Origin: Alphaproteobacteria bacterium
GTDB taxonomy: Bacteria > Pseudomonadota > Alphaproteobacteria > SP197
DNA: 64,000 nt
Direction: 5' to 3'
Assembly: GCA_965116515.1 (NCBI GenBank)
Contig: OZ220705.1
Location: 3,888,331 to 3,952,330 of the forward strand
Made by a program: the position numbers and the translations under genes. Within the stretch, counting starts at the first letter, position 1. Each line of letters opens with the position of its first letter. Positions 56,073 to 64,000 of the stretch are shown here, piece after piece. The notes below the pieces were generated by a model. That model did no database searches and was not told the origin of the DNA. It saw nothing but the letters and a program-made list of their open reading frames with translations.

Positions 56073-56211
56073 CGTGAACCCCTCGCCAGACCGCCGGCAA
56101 ATCATGGTCCGGTCATGGGGTGTGTCAAGAAGGACCCGACCGCCTTGCAGGAGGGCGCGCTCAGGCGTTAACTGTGAGAGATTGGTTGAGTCGGAACAGC
56201 GGGAGCAATCC

Positions 56212-57021
56212 ATGACCTTGCCTGCCGAAGACAATGACAGCCAGGGTGTGACTGTCCACCGGGAGGACGGGGTGCTGCTCGTCACCCTTGATCGCCCTCC
56301 GGCCAACGCCATCGACACTGCGACCAGCCGCAGGATGGGAGAGGTGTTCCTCGGATTTCGTGACGATCCTGACCTGAGGGTGGCCATCCTGACCGGTGGC
56401 GGCGAGAAGTTCTTCTCGGCCGGCTGGGACCTCAAGGCCGCTTCGGCCGAACTCGAGGTGCTCGAGGAGGATTACGGACCTGGCGGGTTTGGCGGCATGC
56501 AGGACCTGCTCGATCTCAACAAACCCATCATCAGCGCGGTCAACGGCATCTGTTGCGGTGGCGGACTCGAAGTCGCCCTTGACGCCGACATCCTGATTGC
56601 AGCCGAACACGCCACCTTCGCGCTCCCCGAAATCACCGTCGGCACCTATGCACCAGCGGCCTGCATCGCCTTGCCCAAGCGCATTCCCTATCACATCGCC
56701 ATGGAACTCCTGCTCACCGGAAGGTGGTTCGATGCCGCCGAGGCACACCGCTGGGGTCTGGTCAATCGCGTGGTGCCATCAGCGGACCTCATGGACGAAG
56801 CATGGAAAATGGCACGGCTCCTTGCCGACGGACCACCCCTCGTCCAGGCGACCACCAAGGAAATCGTGCGCGATGCAGAGGACAAGAAATTCCAGGACGC
56901 TCTCAACAAGGTCAACGCGCGGCAGTACCGCACAGTCGAGATCATGATTCCCAGCGAGGACCGCAAGGAGGGCCCCCGCGCCTTCCAGGAGAAGCGCAAG
57001 CCGGTCTGGAAGGGGCACTGA
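56212..57021 (+). CDS. Enoyl-CoA hydratase/isomerase (crotonase) family, carnitinyl-CoA dehydratase CaiD-like
   Basis: VTLDRPPANAIDTATSRRMGEVFLGFRDDPDLRVAILTGGGEKFFSAGWDLKAA and ...EKRKPVWKGH closely track E. coli CaiD as I remember it. GGGAG RBS. Confidence 0.65.
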   Translation: MTLPAEDNDSQGVTVHREDGVLLVTLDRPPANAIDTATSRRMGEVFLGFRDDPDLRVAILTGGGEKFFSAGWDLKAASAELEVLEEDYGPGGFGGMQDLLDLNKPIISAVNGICCGGGLEVALDADILIAAEHATFALPEITVGTYAPAACIALPKRIPYHIAMELLLTGRWFDAAEAHRWGLVNRVVPSADLMDEAWKMARLLADGPPLVQATTKEIVRDAEDKKFQDALNKVNARQYRTVEIMIPSEDRKEGPRAFQEKRKPVWKGH

Positions 57022-57045
57022 CCGGGCTCCGGTCCAAAAGGAGGT

Positions 57046-59136
57046 GTGACGAGCGTGGTGCGCGACCCGCGATACGACATTCTCTTCGAGCCGGTACGCA
57101 TCGGTCCCGTCATTGCGCGCAACCGGTTCTACCAGGTCCCCCATTGCAACGGCGCCGGTATCCAGTTTCCCCACGGACAGGCCGCCATGCGCGGCATGAA
57201 GGCCGAGGGCGGTTGGGCGGTGGTGAACACCGAGTGGTGTTCAATCCACCCTTCGATGGATATTCCGGCGGCTCAGGGCACGAGGCTGTGGAGCCGGGAG
57301 GACGTGCGCGTTCACGCCATGATGGTGGAGGCCGTCCATCGCCACGGCGCACTGGCCGGGTGCGAACTCGCCCACGCAGGCCTCACATCGCACAATTCCT
57401 ACAGCCGGCTGACGGCCATGGGGCCGTCCGCCCGGCCGATGCCACCCCAGGATTTTCCCGGTCATGGCCGGGCCATGACACGCGACGACATTCGCAATAT
57501 CCGGCGCTGGCACCGCGAGGGTGTCAGACGTGCCCTGGAGGCAGGATTCGACCTTGTCTACGTCTACGCCAGCCATGGCATCACGGTCTTCACGGATTTC
57601 CTGTCACCGCGGATCAACCGGCGAACGGACGAGTACGGAGGATGTTTCGAGAATCGTCTGCGCCTGTTGCGCGAGACCCTAGAGGACGTCATGGAAGAGG
57701 CTCAGGGAAGGTGTGCCGTGGCCCTGCGCTTCGGCGTCGACGAAAAGGATGGACCGGTTCACCTGGGAGACGAGGAGTGCCGGGCTGTCGTCGAGAGCCT
57801 GGCCGAAGTTCCTGATCTCTGGGATGTGAATATTGGCGGGCCGAACGACATGCTGACCTCCCGTTTCCGCAAGGAGGGCTGGCAGGAATCGTCCATGGCC
57901 TTTGTCAAGGCACTCACCTCCAGACCTGTCGTTGGTGTCGGCCGCTTCACCAGCCCGGACACAATGGCGGCCATGGTCAGACGTGGCGTTGTCGATTTCA
58001 TCGGCGCGGCACGACCGTCGATCGCCGATCCATTCCTGCCCCGCAAGATCGAGGAAGGCCGCATCGACGACATTCGCGAGTGTATCGGCTGCAACGTGTG
58101 CCTGGCCTCCGACATGATGTCCGTGCCCATACGCTGCACCCAGAATCCCACCATGTCGGAGGAGTGGCGCCGTGGATGGCACCCCGAGCGGCTGCCCAGG
58201 CGGGGCAGCAGCGCACGCGTCCTGGTGGTTGGCGCCGGTCCGGCCGGCCTGGAGGCGGCACGGACTGCCGGAGAGCGGGGCTACGAGGTGACCCTGGCCG
58301 AAGCCGGTCCGGAACCCGGCGGTCATCTCAACCGGATGGCACGCCTGCCGGGCCTTGAGGAGTGGATCCGGGTGCGGGACTGGCGCATCGGCCAGATCGA
58401 CCGGCTGAACAATGTCGAGGTGTACCGGAACAGCAGGCTGAACGCATCCGACGTGACCGGCTGGGGCTTCGGCCACGTCATCGTGGCCACCGGATCGCTC
58501 TGGCGACGTGACGGAGTGGGACGCACCAACATCGATCCCGTCCAGGGTCACGAATGCGGTCATGTCCTGTCCCCCGATGATGTTCCCGGTGACGCCCGGC
58601 TCCAGTCGCCTGTGGTGATCTTCGACGACGACCCCTATGTCATTGGCGGTGCCCTGGCAGAGAGACTGGCCTGTGATGGACATCGGGTGCTTCTCGTGGG
58701 CACCGGTGCCATGGTTTCGCCCTGGACCCGCTTCGCCACCGACCAGGCGGACATTCATCGTCGCCTGGTCTCGTGTGGTGTCGACGTGCTCCTCAACCAC
58801 AATCTCGTGGCCATCCGGGACGGCTCGGTGAGCGTTGCCGGCATGTTCGGCGAGCCTCCCTCCATCCGGGAGGCGGCGAGCGTCGTTCTGGTCACGATGC
58901 GCCACCCGCAGACCGAGCTGGCCGACGACCTCGGCAGGGCCATGGAGAACGGCGCGGCCGGCACCATCCAAAATGTCGTTGCCGTGGGGGATTGCCACGC
59001 ACCGGGGCTGATTTCGGAGGCCGTCTTCAGTGGACATCTGGCGGCGCGCTCGCTTGACGAAACCGACCCCGGGGACCTTCCTTTCCGGGTCGAACAGGTG
59101 CCTGCGCACTTCCAGTTCACCGGGAACGGGAGGTGA
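57046..59136 (+). CDS. Trimethylamine/dimethylamine dehydrogenase-family flavoprotein (FMN TIM-barrel + 4Fe-4S + ADP-binding domain; DgcA/StcD-like amine N-demethylase candidate)
   Basis: Collinear with TMADH: DPRYDILFEPVRIGPVIARNRFYQVPHCNGAG (Cys at the 6-S-cysteinyl-FMN position). CIGCNVC...C cluster. VLVVGAGPAGLEAA. True start may be the GTG at 57055, which has better spacing from the AAAGGAGG RBS. Confidence 0.8.
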   Translation: MTSVVRDPRYDILFEPVRIGPVIARNRFYQVPHCNGAGIQFPHGQAAMRGMKAEGGWAVVNTEWCSIHPSMDIPAAQGTRLWSREDVRVHAMMVEAVHRHGALAGCELAHAGLTSHNSYSRLTAMGPSARPMPPQDFPGHGRAMTRDDIRNIRRWHREGVRRALEAGFDLVYVYASHGITVFTDFLSPRINRRTDEYGGCFENRLRLLRETLEDVMEEAQGRCAVALRFGVDEKDGPVHLGDEECRAVVESLAEVPDLWDVNIGGPNDMLTSRFRKEGWQESSMAFVKALTSRPVVGVGRFTSPDTMAAMVRRGVVDFIGAARPSIADPFLPRKIEEGRIDDIRECIGCNVCLASDMMSVPIRCTQNPTMSEEWRRGWHPERLPRRGSSARVLVVGAGPAGLEAARTAGERGYEVTLAEAGPEPGGHLNRMARLPGLEEWIRVRDWRIGQIDRLNNVEVYRNSRLNASDVTGWGFGHVIVATGSLWRRDGVGRTNIDPVQGHECGHVLSPDDVPGDARLQSPVVIFDDDPYVIGGALAERLACDGHRVLLVGTGAMVSPWTRFATDQADIHRRLVSCGVDVLLNHNLVAIRDGSVSVAGMFGEPPSIREAASVVLVTMRHPQTELADDLGRAMENGAAGTIQNVVAVGDCHAPGLISEAVFSGHLAARSLDETDPGDLPFRVEQVPAHFQFTGNGR

Positions 59137-59139
59137 CGT

Positions 59140-59949
59140 GTGCGTGAGGTGACTGATCAGGACCGAGCCGTGTTCGAGGAAGACGGCGTCGTGCTGCTGC
59201 ACGGGGCCTTCGATGAGGCATGGATCACCTTTCTCCAAGAGGCCGTTGACGAGGCCATGGCCAACCCGGGGCCCCATGCCATGGAGTATGCCAGGGAAGG
59301 TCGCTTCTTCGGCGATGTTGAACTCGCCCATCGCCTGCCGGCGTTCATGCGCTTCGTCTGCGAGTCGCCTGCCGCCGGCTACGCCGGTCTCATCATGGGC
59401 TCCTCGAAGGTCAACTACTTTGACGATCATCTCCTGGTCAAGGAGCCAGGAACCGCCAAGCCCTCTCCGTGGCATCAGGACCAGCCCTACTGGGCCGTCG
59501 CAGGGCGCCAGGTCTGTTCCCTGTGGCTGCCGCTCGATCCCGTCAGCCGCGACGTTGCCGTCGAGTTCGTCAGGGGCTCCCACACTTGGCAGGCTTTCAA
59601 TCCCTATCACTTCGAGGACGGACGCCTCTATGAAGGGGCCGGGCTCCCTCCCCTGCCGGACATTGAATCGCAACGCGAACGCTACGAAATCCTTCGCTTT
59701 CCCATGGAGCCCGGCGACGCGCTCATGTTTCACGGCATGATCGTTCACGGCGCCCCCGGCAACACCGGGCATCATCGCCGCCGGGCGCTCTCGACCCGGT
59801 GGACCGGAGACGATGCGCGTTTTCACCGGCGTCCAGGAGAGATTTCCGTGCCTACTGTTCTGCCGGACCTTGCCGACGGCGCATGCCTTGATTGCGGCCG
59901 ATTCCCCGTCGTCTGGAGACGCCATCTGCCACGCCCGGACGCATCCTGA
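59140..59949 (+). CDS. Phytanoyl-CoA dioxygenase (PhyH)-family Fe(II)/2-oxoglutarate-dependent oxygenase
   Basis: WHQDQPYW (HxD), FHGMIVHGAPGN (distal His) and RALSTRW. GTG start 7 nt after a GGGAGG RBS. Confidence 0.7.
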   Translation: MREVTDQDRAVFEEDGVVLLHGAFDEAWITFLQEAVDEAMANPGPHAMEYAREGRFFGDVELAHRLPAFMRFVCESPAAGYAGLIMGSSKVNYFDDHLLVKEPGTAKPSPWHQDQPYWAVAGRQVCSLWLPLDPVSRDVAVEFVRGSHTWQAFNPYHFEDGRLYEGAGLPPLPDIESQRERYEILRFPMEPGDALMFHGMIVHGAPGNTGHHRRRALSTRWTGDDARFHRRPGEISVPTVLPDLADGACLDCGRFPVVWRRHLPRPDAS

Positions 59950-60218
59950 ACGAGAGCTCGCCCGTGAATGACCGAGATTGTGTCACCGACACCCCTTGTG
60001 CACCATGGCCCCAAAGAGGGATGGAGAAGGGCTGCACGTCGTGAATGTCAGCGACGACGGTGTTCAGGGGACACCCTGCAAGGAGAAGAGCCGACCGGTT
60101 ATCGTGGAGCGCGCGACCGCCGCGAACCTTTCGGCCTTCGCGTCATCGCGAATCCGGCAAGGCCTGGTCCCCGGATCGGGAAACCCGCTCCCGCGCCTTT
60201 CGTGAAGGCAAGCGGCGC

Positions 60219-61190
60219 ATGAGCATGGCAAGCGAAAATACAGAAACCCTTCGCCACCTCTATCCGCCGATTGAGCCCTTTGGATCCGGCCGCCTGGCGG
60301 TCGGGGACGGCCACGAGCTTCATTTCGAGGAGTGCGGCAACCCGCGGGGAAAACCTGCTGTTTTCCTTCATGGCGGGCCGGGCGGGGGAATCAGGCCGCA
60401 CTACCGGCAGTACTTCGATCCCGAGGCCTGGCGGGTCGTCCTCTTTGACCAGCGGGGCTGTGGCCGCTCCACGCCATGGGCCTCGCTCGAGTCCAACACC
60501 ACCTGGCACCTGGTTGACGACATGGAGGCCTTGCGCAGGCACCTCGGAATCTCCTCCTGGCTTGTCTTCGGCGGGTCCTGGGGAAGTGCGCTGGCGCTTG
60601 CCTACGCCCAGACCCATCCAGAGCGTGTCAGTGAACTCGTTCTCTACGGCATCTTCACCTTGCGCCGTTCGGAACTCCTTTGGCTCTACCAGGACGGGGC
60701 AAGCCACATCTTCCCCGAGGCATGGGAGGACTTCGTTACCCCCGTTCCCGAAACCGGAAGGGGCGACATGATGGGATCCTACCTGGAGCTCCTGATGTCC
60801 GGCGATTCCGATGTGGAACGCGTGGCGGCGCGGGCATGGAGTGTCTGGGAGGGGTCGATCCTTTCGCTCTATCCTGACCGGCGACGCGAGAAGAGGTTCG
60901 CCAGCGACGACTTCGCCAGGGCATTTGCCCGGATCGAATGCCACTACTTCGTCAATCGCGGGTTCTTCCCCCGTGACGGCCATCTGATCAGCAACATCGA
61001 CCGGTGCCGTCACATTCCCGCGGTCATCGTCCAGGGACGATACGACATCTGTACGCCCGCAAGAACGGCGTGGGACCTTCACCGCGCCTGGCCCGAAGCC
61101 GACTTTCGCCTGGTGCCTGATACCGGACACACGGCCCTCGAACCGGGCAACGTTCACGAACTCGTGGGCGCCACGGACGGCTTCCGGTGA
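60219..61190 (+). CDS. pip: Proline iminopeptidase (prolyl aminopeptidase)
   Basis: LYPPIEPFGSGRLAVGDGHELHFEECGNPRGKPAVFLHGGPGGG ... FGGSWGS. Confidence 0.85.
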   Translation: MSMASENTETLRHLYPPIEPFGSGRLAVGDGHELHFEECGNPRGKPAVFLHGGPGGGIRPHYRQYFDPEAWRVVLFDQRGCGRSTPWASLESNTTWHLVDDMEALRRHLGISSWLVFGGSWGSALALAYAQTHPERVSELVLYGIFTLRRSELLWLYQDGASHIFPEAWEDFVTPVPETGRGDMMGSYLELLMSGDSDVERVAARAWSVWEGSILSLYPDRRREKRFASDDFARAFARIECHYFVNRGFFPRDGHLISNIDRCRHIPAVIVQGRYDICTPARTAWDLHRAWPEADFRLVPDTGHTALEPGNVHELVGATDGFR

Positions 61191-61978
61191 TGGATCTGGG
61201 ACTTGGCGGCAAGACGGTCCTGATCACCGGCGGATCGCGCGGCATCGGCTATGCCACGGCACGTGTCTTTGCATCGGAAGGAACGGACCTCCACCTGGCC
61301 TCGAGGACAAGAGAGGATCTGGAACGCGCCAGGAATGCCATCCGGAGCGAGTTTCCGGTGGCCGTCGACATTCACGTCGCGGATCTCTCGAGCGGGGAGC
61401 AGATACTCGCGGTGGCGCGCGCCTGTGCCGACGCCGACATTCTGGTGAACAATGCCGGCGCCATTCCCCTCGGCACGTTACTCGATGTTGACGACGAAAC
61501 CTGGCGTGCCGCCTGGGATCTCAAGCTCTTCGGCTACATCACCATGATGCGCGCCATGTACGCTGAAATGAAGGCGCGCGGCCGCGGGGTCATCGTCAAC
61601 AACATCGGCACGGCGGGCGACCAGAAGCCGTCCGGCTACGCCGCAGGGGTGACGGCCAATGGTGCGCTTGTCACACTGACCCGCGCGCTCGGTGGAACAA
61701 GCCTCGACGATGGAATCCGGGTGCTCGGAATCAGTCCAGGCGACATGGAAAACGACCGCGGCATCATGGCTCTAAAGCATCATGCCCTGAAGAAATTCGG
61801 TGATAGCGACAGGTGGCGTGAACTGATATCCGGCATGCCTGGCGGGTCACTTCCGGTCTCCGCGGACATGGCCGATGCCATCGTCTTTCTCGCCAGCCCC
61901 CGGGCGCGTTTCATCAGTGGGGTCGTACTGACCATCGACGGCGGCATGTGCGCACGCCAGGCGGTCACAGGCGGCTGA
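61187..61978 (+). CDS. Short-chain dehydrogenase/reductase (SDR) family protein with atypical YxxxV in place of YxxxK
   Basis: GKTVLITGGSRGIGYA ... NNAG ... SGYAAGVTANGAL. ATGA overlap with pip. Confidence 0.7.
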   Translation: MMDLGLGGKTVLITGGSRGIGYATARVFASEGTDLHLASRTREDLERARNAIRSEFPVAVDIHVADLSSGEQILAVARACADADILVNNAGAIPLGTLLDVDDETWRAAWDLKLFGYITMMRAMYAEMKARGRGVIVNNIGTAGDQKPSGYAAGVTANGALVTLTRALGGTSLDDGIRVLGISPGDMENDRGIMALKHHALKKFGDSDRWRELISGMPGGSLPVSADMADAIVFLASPRARFISGVVLTIDGGMCARQAVTGG

Positions 61979-61984
61979 AAAGAG

Positions 61985-63560
61985 CATCGGCACCGGACTG
62001 CCAGACCTTCTGCCAGGTGATGAATTCGGGAACTACATCGTTGACTGAACGGTCGGAATCCGGGGTTGTGCATGTGCAGGGGTACCGCCAACCACCTCCG
62101 CACCAGACGCCCGTTGGAGGGGCCACTGCATTGAGCGAACTTGGCCGCACATCGACAGGTTGTCTACCGCCTGCTTCCGCGCAAACGGGTGATCTGGCGA
62201 TGGCTGTAGAGGACGCTGGAGGACCAGCGCCGGCTCTACAACGCCGCCCTCGAAGAGCGGATCGACTGCCACCGGAAGACAGGCAAGGGTTTCTCCTACT
62301 TCGACCAGTGCAAGAGCCTGACGGTCTGCCGGCAGGCGCTCGGCGACATGAGTGCGGTGTCGGTCATGATCCAGCGCGGCACGCTCAGGCGACTGGATGA
62401 AGCGTTCAAGGGATTCTTGCGCAGGGGCGGCGGCTTGCCCCGGTTCCAGGGTCGCCATCACTGGAACAGCATCTCCATTGTCTCCGGCGTGAAGGTGGAG
62501 GCTGACCGCATCCGCATTCCGTCGTTCGGCTGGCTCACCATCCGCCGCCGGGCAGGTAACCCCCACGTGGACGGCACTGCGAAGTCGGCCGTGTTGAAGC
62601 GCGTCGAGGGCCGCTGGTATGTGGTTGTCTGCTACGCCATTTCTCTGCCGGAGCCGGTGGACGACGGTCGTGTCGTCGGAGTGGACATGAACGCCGGACA
62701 GGTTGCCGCCAGCGACGGCGTGATCCACCACGCCCCGGACATGGCGAAGCTGGAGGCGCGCAAGCGCCGCTACCAGCGCAAGGTTTCGCGCTGCAAGCGT
62801 GGATCGAAGCGCCGGGCGCTGGCGAAGACGGCGCGGCGGATCGCCTGCAAGCGCCATGACTGGCGGCACAAGACCAGCCGGACGATCGCGGACGCTGCGC
62901 ACACCGTCGTCGTCGAGGACCTGAAGCCCAGGGCGATGACGCGGAGCGCGAAGGGGACGGCCGGGGAACCCGGACGAAACGTGACGCAGAAGGCGGGTCT
63001 GAACCGCGTCATCCTCGATACGGGTTGGTCGGGCCTGCGCCGGATGCTTTCCTGGAAGGCGGGACGGCTGATCGCTGCCGATCCTCGCCACACCAGCCAG
63101 ACCTGCGCGGCCTGCGGTGTCGTGGACGCCCGCTCCCGGCGCACGCAGGCGGCCTTCATGTGTGTCTCTTGCGGACATGCGGACAACGCGGACATCAATG
63201 CGAGCCGCGAGATACGGCGCCGGGGACTGGCGCAGCTGCACGGGGAGGGCGTTGCCGTCAGGCACCCGGTGAACCGTGAAAACATACCGAGGCTGGCGGC
63301 ATGACCCGTTCAGCCATCGATGTAAGTTCCATGAATTCGGAATGCCAGACCCGGTGGCGTACGAAGTTGCCTTCTTGTGGACGACAGGCACTCGCTCATC
63401 AAGCAGTCCTTCAAGGAGAGCCGTGCCTTGTGGACCAGAACGGCGATTAACCCGAAGTGCCAGCCGCGCTCAGGCACAACATTTTGAATGTATTGACGTT
63501 CGAGACAACTGTGTATGTCTCTACTGGGGGTCGGTTACCTTCGGTCTGACCGACAGTCAA
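61985..63560 (+). mobile_element. IS1341-like (IS605 family, tnpB-only) insertion-sequence remnant, including probable subterminal hairpin regions
   Basis: tnpB homology spans 62141..63304. The flanks carry inverted repeats (e.g. CCTCCG...CGTTGGAGG at about 62080..62120 and GTCGGT...ACCGAC near 63520..63550). Confidence 0.45.
62141..63304 (+). pseudogene. tnpB: IS605-family tnpB (OrfB, RNA-guided nuclease family) with an in-frame premature TAG at 62207..62209. Probable pseudogene. No tnpA present.
   Basis: Frame reads (TTG)AAHRQVVYRLLPRKRVIWRWL*RTLEDQRRLYNAALEERIDCHRKTGKGFSYFDQCKSL...RLDEAFKGFLRRGGGLPRFQG... It ends with a Zn-finger CAACGVVDARSRRTQAAFMCVSCGHADNADINASREI. The only long intact ORF is 62348..63304. 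Confidence 0.7.
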
Positions 63561-64000
63561 GTTGTGCCGTCAGGATACGCAGATCGAGGGTCTGTCGCTT
63601 TCGAGACTGCCCGCAACGTCCCGACGCGCCGCGTGCCTCTTGAAGTGTGCAGTGCGCTCGCTCGTGGCGGCGTCACCTGTCTGAACGAATACGGGCGCGG
63701 CAGTGCGGCCCAGGTGGCCATGTTCGCCTTTGTCAATGCGTGAACAAGGGACGGGCGGATCACCGGCCTGAGTATCCTGCCCGTCCACGAAGAGACCTGT
63801 CAGTGCGCTCCTGAGAGGCTGGGCAGGTGGCGCCACGCTCTCGACGCGCTCAACGAGAGCGCGTCTGCAGCCATCTGATCCCCGCTTTGTGTTGTGTTTC
63901 ATATCGTTTCATATTCTCTGAAACGATTCAGCTATGTGTCAATTATATCACAGATAGATCAGTATCTTAAACGTTGCACGCCAATCCGTTTCATTGTGTC

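Noticed and set aside
56073-56435. 121-codon N-terminal extension of the acyl-CoA synthetase ORF
   Set aside because: It runs through the divergent caiD-like promoter and start codon and is low-complexity. An internal ATG at 56072 with a GAGGGG RBS gives a canonical CoA-binding N-terminus.
62033-63391. 452-aa minus-strand ORF
   Set aside because: Antisense to the tnpB homologue, whose frame carries the conserved RuvC-like and zinc-finger regions.

Overview
By eye the window is GC-rich (roughly two-thirds G+C) and gene-dense (about 48 protein-coding genes and gene remnants). I found no rRNA, tRNA or CRISPR arrays. Gene order (dapF-mtaB-ftsY, ffh) and the protein families suggest an alphaproteobacterium-like chromosome; this is inference only.

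Content from left to right:
(1) 1-5010: a segmental duplication. Two paralogous PotD/PotF-type periplasmic binding-protein genes, a decayed 5' fragment of a CocE/NonD hydrolase gene, an intact CocE/NonD hydrolase gene, and a TetR regulator between the two copies.
(2) 5035-7206: an agmatinase-family ureohydrolase, a small SAM methyltransferase and a TetR regulator. A palindromic operator lies in the divergent promoter that faces the next gene.
(3) 7320-9260: a secreted tri-domain redox protein. It has a thioredoxin-like CxxS domain, a CxxCH c-type haem site and a PHM/DBH-like copper monooxygenase-type domain.
(4) 9432-15394: a PuuB-like FAD oxidase, choline sulfatase BetC, a tandem-DUF427 protein and a gamma-glutamyltransferase.
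(5) 15401-19423: an L-rhamnonate dehydratase-like enolase-family enzyme, an FGGY kinase and a 2-hydroxyacid dehydrogenase. Together they look like a sugar-acid module.
(6) 19603-36599: the most unusual system. It is a co-directional set of a stand-alone carrier protein, an Sfp-type PPTase and an NCS2 permease with a C-terminal soluble extension. These are followed by a 3403-aa single-ORF type I PKS with fungal HR-PKS-like domain order (KS-AT-DH-cMT-ER-KR-ACP). The PKS carries an extra C-terminal KS fused to a degenerate AT remnant (Ser to Ala, truncated), with no ACP, TE or R domain. Downstream are a convergent alpha/beta hydrolase, a class-III aminotransferase and a small membrane protein.
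(7) 37107-43288: murJ and a potABCD-like polyamine ABC transporter.
(8) 43542-47696: a Sel1-repeat secreted protein, a GbcA/Stc2-like Rieske oxygenase, a YjbR-family protein and an orphan ChoX/OpuAC-type betaine/choline binding protein.
(9) 47781-53916: housekeeping genes. These are ffh, dapF, mtaB, ftsY, a ClpP-like protease and a pyrimidine-dimer glycosylase.
(10) 53919-61978: an NDP-forming acyl-CoA synthetase, a CaiD-like crotonase, a trimethylamine-dehydrogenase-family flavoprotein, a PhyH-family dioxygenase, a proline iminopeptidase and an SDR.
(11) 61985-64000: an IS605-family tnpB (IS1341-like, no tnpA) with a premature amber codon, followed by an AT-rich edge.

All functional calls rest on motif and family recognition from the translated ORFs. 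No database searches were run.
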